Below, in pieces: positions 58,979 to 64,000 of a DNA stretch of 64,000 bases (within the stretch, counting starts at the first letter, position 1; each line of letters opens with the position of its first letter). Made by a program: the position numbers and the translations under genes. The notes under the pieces were generated by a model that was given only the letters and a program-made list of their open reading frames with translations, was not told where the DNA came from and did no database searches. The DNA is from Promethearchaeota archaeon (GTDB lineage: Archaea > Asgardarchaeota > Lokiarchaeia > Sigyniarchaeales > SOKP01): positions 10,344 through 74,343 of the forward strand of contig JAHPZJ010000027.1 in assembly GCA_019058245.1 (NCBI GenBank). The letters are read 5' to 3'.

Positions 58979-60280
58979 TTAGGGCGTCTTCCTTGTTAGA
59001 GTACGAGGAAACGGTATAGCATCTTTAATATTATCTATTCCACATAGCCACATAACAACCCTTTCAACTCCTACGCCATAACCAGAATGGGGAACACTAC
59101 CATAGCGTCTTAATTCAAAATACCACTCATAATTTTCAGGATTTTCACCGTCAGATTCTATTCTTCTCATCATATCATCAATTAATAAAGAACGTTCTGA
59201 TCCCCCTACAATTTCACAATATCCTTCTGGTGCTAGCATATCAAAACATAGCGCTTCTTTAGGATTGTCATTACTAGGTGGTTTGTAAAACCCCATGATC
59301 TCTATAGGATAATGAGTTACTACAACAGGAACCTTAAAATGATCTGCTATCTTTGCTTCTTCAATGGTTCTTAAATCCTTACCCCAAGGAACATTCATAT
59401 TGTATTTAGAATTGAGAATTTCTAAGGCTTCCGAATATTTAATAGTAGGATATTCTGCTTCAGCATAATGCTCTAGTAATTTAATATCTCTTTCTAAAAT
59501 TTCTAATTCTTTTCTATTATGTTGTAAAACTTGCTTAACAATAAATCTAATCTCATCCTTCGCAACATCGGTAACCTCATCTAATTGCATCCAAGCAGCT
59601 TCCATTTCTGCCATCCAAAATTCTGATAAATGTCTTGAAGTTTTAGATTTTTCAGCTCTGAAAGTTGGTCCCATATTATATATTTTCCCTAATGAAAAAA
59701 TACCTGCTTCAGCATATAATTGCCATGTTTGGCTAAGATATATTATATCATTGAAATATTTTACTTCAAATAAGGTAGCTCCTCCCTCAGATTGGCTAGG
59801 CTGAAAAATTGGGGCATCAAACTCATAAAATCCATTACTTCTAAAAAATTCATGGATCGCTCCAACAATAGTATGTCGTACTTTTAAAATAGCATTTAAT
59901 TTTCTGGATCTTAACCATAAATGTCTATTATCGTATAATAATTCTGGAGATTGGTGTTCTGTAATTGGAAACGGTTCAGCAATTTGAATTATTTCCAAAT
60001 CTGAAACTGAAACTTCGTAACCTGTAGGTGCTCTATCATCTTTCTTTAATTCACCTGATACTTTTACGGAAGATTCAATTGTTAGTTTTTCAGCCATTTC
60101 AAAGATCTCTGGATTCTTAGCTTTAGAAACAACACACTGAATTATATCTGATTCATCTCTTAATACAATGAAAATAAATTTATTCGATTTTCGTTCTCTG
60201 TAAATCCAACCTCTCAAATTTACCTTCACTGTGCCTTTCTGAAGAGCTTCATCAATTGTTGTGTATTTTAAATTTCTCAT
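58979..60280 (-). CDS. asnS: asparaginyl-tRNA synthetase
   Basis: 433 aa, class IIb. FRAEKSKTSRHLSEFWMAEME, GGSERS and YEWYFELRRYGSVPHSGYGVGVERV, ending in PFPR. Confidence 0.8.
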   Translation of the reverse strand: MRNLKYTTIDEALQKGTVKVNLRGWIYRERKSNKFIFIVLRDESDIIQCVVSKAKNPEIFEMAEKLTIESSVKVSGELKKDDRAPTGYEVSVSDLEIIQIAEPFPITEHQSPELLYDNRHLWLRSRKLNAILKVRHTIVGAIHEFFRSNGFYEFDAPIFQPSQSEGGATLFEVKYFNDIIYLSQTWQLYAEAGIFSLGKIYNMGPTFRAEKSKTSRHLSEFWMAEMEAAWMQLDEVTDVAKDEIRFIVKQVLQHNRKELEILERDIKLLEHYAEAEYPTIKYSEALEILNSKYNMNVPWGKDLRTIEEAKIADHFKVPVVVTHYPIEIMGFYKPPSNDNPKEALCFDMLAPEGYCEIVGGSERSLLIDDMMRRIESDGENPENYEWYFELRRYGSVPHSGYGVGVERVVMWLCGIDNIKDAIPFPRTLTRKTP

Positions 60281-60383
60281 TGTTAGATATACGATTATCT
60301 ATATATATTTACATTGTATATTCAAAATTTATAACTAAATTAATAGGAGATATCTAAAAAATTTGACTGTAATATTAAAAAAT

Positions 60384-61169
60384 CTATTCTTCTTCTTGTT
60401 TCTTGAGAAGATATTTGGAGAAAATATTCATGTAAAGACACTCTTCTGGGCTCATCTCCGGAGTTAGCTGAGGATTATCTGTAAATACTACATTACTATT
60501 CCTAATTATAACTACTGGTGTTTGTTGATCAGCTTCACTTAATAGAAATTGAGCAGCACTCGCAAGATCATCCGCTATTGCTCTCATTGTTATTTCCATA
60601 GGTCTTTTGAAAAGATCAGGATTCCCACGTAAATCCTCAACAGGTTCAAATCCAGCTGTTGCTATAGCTATTCCAATAGTCCCTTTTCTAAGGGGTTGAA
60701 CTCTAGAATCTGCAATAATTACACCAAAATTATTAACTTTAAATTCTTTCTTTAAATGTCTCCAATAAGACCAAACCACTTCATTTAAATCTTTTGGTAA
60801 CAACACAACATTTCCTATACCCGCATTTGATTGATCAATTCCGGCATTAGCTATTAAAAAGTCATTAATTTTTGCTAAAATAACATGCCTCATCCCTCCA
60901 AGAATCATAGAGGATTCTTGCAAAATTAATTCGACAAATCTCTCATCCATATCATATTCTTTTGCTAACATTTTAGCTCTTTTTGACACTTTTTCTACTT
61001 CAGATAAATTAATTACCCTTCCCTGAGATGTAGCAATTACTTTTTCAGCAATTACAATGATATCTCCTTCGATGATTGATTTTCCTTGATCCTTAATAGT
61101 GTGAATAATAATTTCTAATAAAGGATCTCGTTTTTTAATGAGGGGTAGCTTTATTGAAAATAATTCCAT
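60384..61169 (-). CDS. CofE-like gamma-glutamyl ligase (F420-0:L-glutamate ligase family)
   Basis: 261 aa with GDIIVIAEKVIATSQGRV and IANAGIDQSN motifs. Confidence 0.75.
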   Translation of the reverse strand: MELFSIKLPLIKKRDPLLEIIIHTIKDQGKSIIEGDIIVIAEKVIATSQGRVINLSEVEKVSKRAKMLAKEYDMDERFVELILQESSMILGGMRHVILAKINDFLIANAGIDQSNAGIGNVVLLPKDLNEVVWSYWRHLKKEFKVNNFGVIIADSRVQPLRKGTIGIAIATAGFEPVEDLRGNPDLFKRPMEITMRAIADDLASAAQFLLSEADQQTPVVIIRNSNVVFTDNPQLTPEMSPEECLYMNIFSKYLLKKQEEE

Positions 61170-61226
61170 AGCAGATAATAGAATAATACTTATTTGATAT
61201 ATTTTTTTCCAATTAATAGATAAGCA

Positions 61227-62090
61227 ATGAAGAAGATATACTCAAAATTATTTAATTTTTTAGAAATCGGTGATGATTTACCCACTATAATAGTTGGGGT
61301 TATAAATCTAAGCCCTGAATCATTTTATAAAGGTTCAGTTTATTTAGAACCTGAGAAAATTAAAAATGCTGCTTTAGATATGATAGAAAATGGCGCTCAG
61401 ATTCTTGATATTGGGGGACGTTCTACTGCCCCTTGGTCTGAGAAAATTACGATAGAAGAAGAAATAAATCGCATAAAAACTGCTATGGAATCCGTATGTA
61501 ACGTTATTCCAGATAATATAATAATATCAGTGGATACTCAATACAGTAAAGTTGCTGAAGTTGCTTTTGAAATTGCTGATAAAAAAAACAAAAGAATAAT
61601 TATCAACGATGTAAGTTGTTTAAAAACAGATCCTTCTTTAGAAGATTATATAATTGCTAAAGATCTTCCAATTATTATAATGGCATCAAAAAAAATTCCT
61701 GGAGATCTATGTACTATTGAGGAAATTTCAGAAGAATTCAAAAATATTATTATATCTCTAAAAAATAAGGGTTATGATGATAATAAGATTATACTGGATC
61801 CTGGAATTGGCCATTGGATTGAAAAAAAAACTCATATATACGATTTAAAGATAATAGGACACTTATCTAAACTTAAAGAATTAGGAAAACCAATATTGGT
61901 TGCAATATCTAGAAAATCCTTTATAGGAACGACTCTAAATATACCTGAACCTGAAAAAAGATTAGATGGAACGCTTGCAGCAACTGCAATTGCAATTTTT
62001 AATGGTGCGCATTTAGTGCGAACTCATGATGTTAATATACAACTTTTAGACTTTGTTAAAATGGCAGAAGAACTTCGAAAAAATAAGTAA
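61227..62090 (+). CDS. folP: dihydropteroate synthase (pterin-binding domain)
   Basis: VGVINLSPESF, DIGGRSTAPW, SVDT, INDVS, DPGIGH, SRKSFIG and VRTHDV motifs. Confidence 0.85.
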   Translation: MKKIYSKLFNFLEIGDDLPTIIVGVINLSPESFYKGSVYLEPEKIKNAALDMIENGAQILDIGGRSTAPWSEKITIEEEINRIKTAMESVCNVIPDNIIISVDTQYSKVAEVAFEIADKKNKRIIINDVSCLKTDPSLEDYIIAKDLPIIIMASKKIPGDLCTIEEISEEFKNIIISLKNKGYDDNKIILDPGIGHWIEKKTHIYDLKIIGHLSKLKELGKPILVAISRKSFIGTTLNIPEPEKRLDGTLAATAIAIFNGAHLVRTHDVNIQLLDFVKMAEELRKNK

Positions 62091-62472
62091 CTTTGTTATT
62101 CTTACATTCTAAAACATTTAGTTAATTTGTGAATTTTATATATATTTACTTTTATCATATTAGTAATATATTAATATAGAAGATCTTATCTATTATAGAT
62201 TAATTTATAAAAAAATTGTATTTTTTTAGTTACCTAGTTAAACAAATCAATTGATTAAAAAAATGGGATTCGAAGGCTAATATGACCGTATTCCTAATAA
62301 TAACTCGATTTACCCTAATTTCCAGCTCACTTGAGTATTATCTCAGATTTTTCTTGCCTAAAGTATTAGCCAATGGAGTGAATAAAGTTAAAAACTAGTT
62401 AACTTTTTTTTAAATTAAAATTTTAAATTCCCAAATTCGGAGTGAGAACCTCTGGCGAAGATTTTTCAAGAT

Positions 62473-62862
62473 TTGTGGATTATGTCTGAAGAAGGAATTG
62501 TCTTATTCAGTCGCGTTTTTGATCCCAAGGTTGATGATCAATTATTTGGGGGACTAATGAGTGCTTTGAATACTATTGCAGAGACACTTTCTGAGGGAGG
62601 GTTATCCAATTTTCAATTAAGCAATATGCGATTTGCGATAATGAAAATGAATAATATCTTATTCATCGCAAATGCCTCACTTTCGATTAAAGATAAAAAA
62701 CTTAGAGAAGAAATACAAAAGATTGCCGAAAAATTTTTCGTAAAATATCCAAAGAATATAATTATGGATTGGGACAATGATATAAGCATATTCGATGATT
62801 TTGAAAAGGAGATCGAAAATACCTTGAAAAATCCTATGAAAAAATTCTGGAATGGATTTTAA
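62473..62862 (+). CDS. small protein paralogous to the C-terminal domain of 6172..6990
   Basis: 129 aa with GIVLFSRVF...LFGGLMSALNTIAETL...FDDFEKEI. TTG start; the ATG at 62482 is an alternative. Confidence 0.5.
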   Translation: MWIMSEEGIVLFSRVFDPKVDDQLFGGLMSALNTIAETLSEGGLSNFQLSNMRFAIMKMNNILFIANASLSIKDKKLREEIQKIAEKFFVKYPKNIIMDWDNDISIFDDFEKEIENTLKNPMKKFWNGF

Positions 62863-63185
62863 GTAAAAATTATTGATTAATTTAAGCAACTAGTCTCAAA
62901 TATTTATTTAAAACACGAATTTTATAAGAAATCTTCTTTGAAGAATATGACTTGTAGATTGAATATCTGCAAGAATTATGAATATTTAAGTAAAATCATA
63001 TTGATAAATGAACAAATCCTTTTATTTGGTCTAGATATTCCGAGATATCTTATTTTTGAGCGTTGAAAAACTGCACATATATTTAAATGCGTGGCTTTCC
63101 TTTATTTATATGTAGATCAATAAAATATCATGGTATTTTGAATATTTTTATGATTTAAAATTAAAATTTCAAAGCTAGTTCTCTC

Positions 63186-64000
63186 ATGCCTGGTAAACCT
63201 TCTAGTCAAGATTCTTATGCTGCAGACGATATTAAGGTGTTGAAAGGCCTTGAAGGTGTACGTAAGCGCCCAGCCATGTATATAGGTGACCAAGGTAAAC
63301 AGGGACTCCACCATCTTATATTTGAGGTTTTGGATAATTCTGTTGACGAAGCGATGGGAGGGTATGCTGATGAGATAAAAGTTACTCTTTATAATGATAA
63401 TTCAGTTCAAGTATTCGATAATGGACGCGGAATTCCAATTGATACGCACCCCGAATATAAAAAACCTGCTGTAGAAGTAATTATGGAATACTTACATTCT
63501 GGAGGCAAATTTGATAGTAAAAGTTATAAAGTCTCAGGTGGTTTACATGGTGTTGGATTATCAGTTGTTAATGCCTTGACAGATTGGATGGAAATTGAGG
63601 TTTGTCGAGATGGACAAAACTATACACAACGATTTTCAAAAGGGAAAAAAGCTTCAGAGCCAAAAGTGGTAGAATCTAACAATAAAGAGTCATATACAAA
63701 GATACACTTCTATCCTGATAAAGAGATTTTTGATTTCTTACCAAATGAACCTATTTTTAATGCTCATACCATTAGCAATAGAATGCGTGAATTAGCCTTT
63801 CTTACACCCCATACTAGGTTTGAACTTCATGATAAATTCAAAGATGAAAAAGAAGAATATCACTTTGAAGGTGGAATAACAGAATTTATTTCATATCTAA
63901 ATAAGGATAAACAACCATTACATAGTGATATAATCTATGTAAGTGATTCTGCTAAAGAGGAGGATGGTGAAACAATATTCGTAGACTTCGCGATGCAATA
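63186..64000 (+). CDS. gyrB: DNA gyrase subunit B (N-terminal part, runs off the window)
   Basis: Not in the ORF track because no stop lies in the window. ATG 63186; VLKGLEGVRKRPAMYIG, HHLIFEVLDNSVDEA, DNGRGIP and GGLHGVG (GHKL ATPase) motifs. Confidence 0.9.
   Translation, partial: MPGKPSSQDSYAADDIKVLKGLEGVRKRPAMYIGDQGKQGLHHLIFEVLDNSVDEAMGGYADEIKVTLYNDNSVQVFDNGRGIPIDTHPEYKKPAVEVIMEYLHSGGKFDSKSYKVSGGLHGVGLSVVNALTDWMEIEVCRDGQNYTQRFSKGKKASEPKVVESNNKESYTKIHFYPDKEIFDFLPNEPIFNAHTISNRMRELAFLTPHTRFELHDKFKDEKEEYHFEGGITEFISYLNKDKQPLHSDIIYVSDSAKEEDGETIFVDFAMQ

Noticed and set aside
62282-62398. 38-aa ORF, with slightly higher G+C, in the folP/62473 spacer; considered as a small gene or ncRNA.
   Set aside because: I could find no C/D-box (RUGAUGA/CUGA) pairing, stable hairpin or other recognisable RNA motif by eye. 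It is too short to call.

Overview
AT-rich archaeal chromosomal window. It carries two intron-containing tRNAs, aCPSF1, an aEF-2-type GTPase, GatAB, AsnRS and GyrB, and GGAGG/GGTGAT Shine-Dalgarno motifs precede most genes. Several products suggest, by inference only, an Asgard (Lokiarchaeia-like) genome: a gelsolin-like domain, Roadblock/LC7, a Par14-like parvulin, an EF-2 paralogue without the HRG diphthamide motif, and a eukaryote-like SECIS core. Layout: 1-4.3 kb holds housekeeping genes, a PAS histidine kinase and tRNA-Gly. 5-20 kb is a co-directional chemotaxis-like cluster (cheW, cheY, cheA, two unknowns, a CheW-CheC-CheC fusion, a gelsolin-like gene, cheB, cheD, cheC, a second cheB) with no MCP, CheR or CheF in the window. 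20-27.8 kb is housekeeping (EF-2 paralogue, purN, aCPSF1, dGTPase-like). 27.9-32.1 kb is accessory-looking: a nested inverted-repeat element, a four-module membrane protein interrupted by an in-frame TAA, a tRNA and two unknown genes. It also holds two paralogous small two-TM ORFs, each with a conserved in-frame TGA followed by a near-identical 3' stem-loop with an AUGA/UGAU core. 32-45 kb holds a parvulin, a NikR-like regulator, an AN1-zinc-finger/winged-helix giant, two GT-C paralogues, an orphan MTase and two coiled-coil paralogues with no canonical start codon. 45-64 kb holds a MenB-family crotonase, an MFE-2-type SDR, DUF123, Roadblock, GatAB, AsnRS, CofE-like, DHPS and partial gyrB. The strongest candidate for something undescribed is the twin UGA-containing membrane ORFs with SECIS-like elements (31.3-32.1 kb), followed by the atypical chemotaxis cluster. 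All family assignments come from motif recognition by eye; no searches were run.
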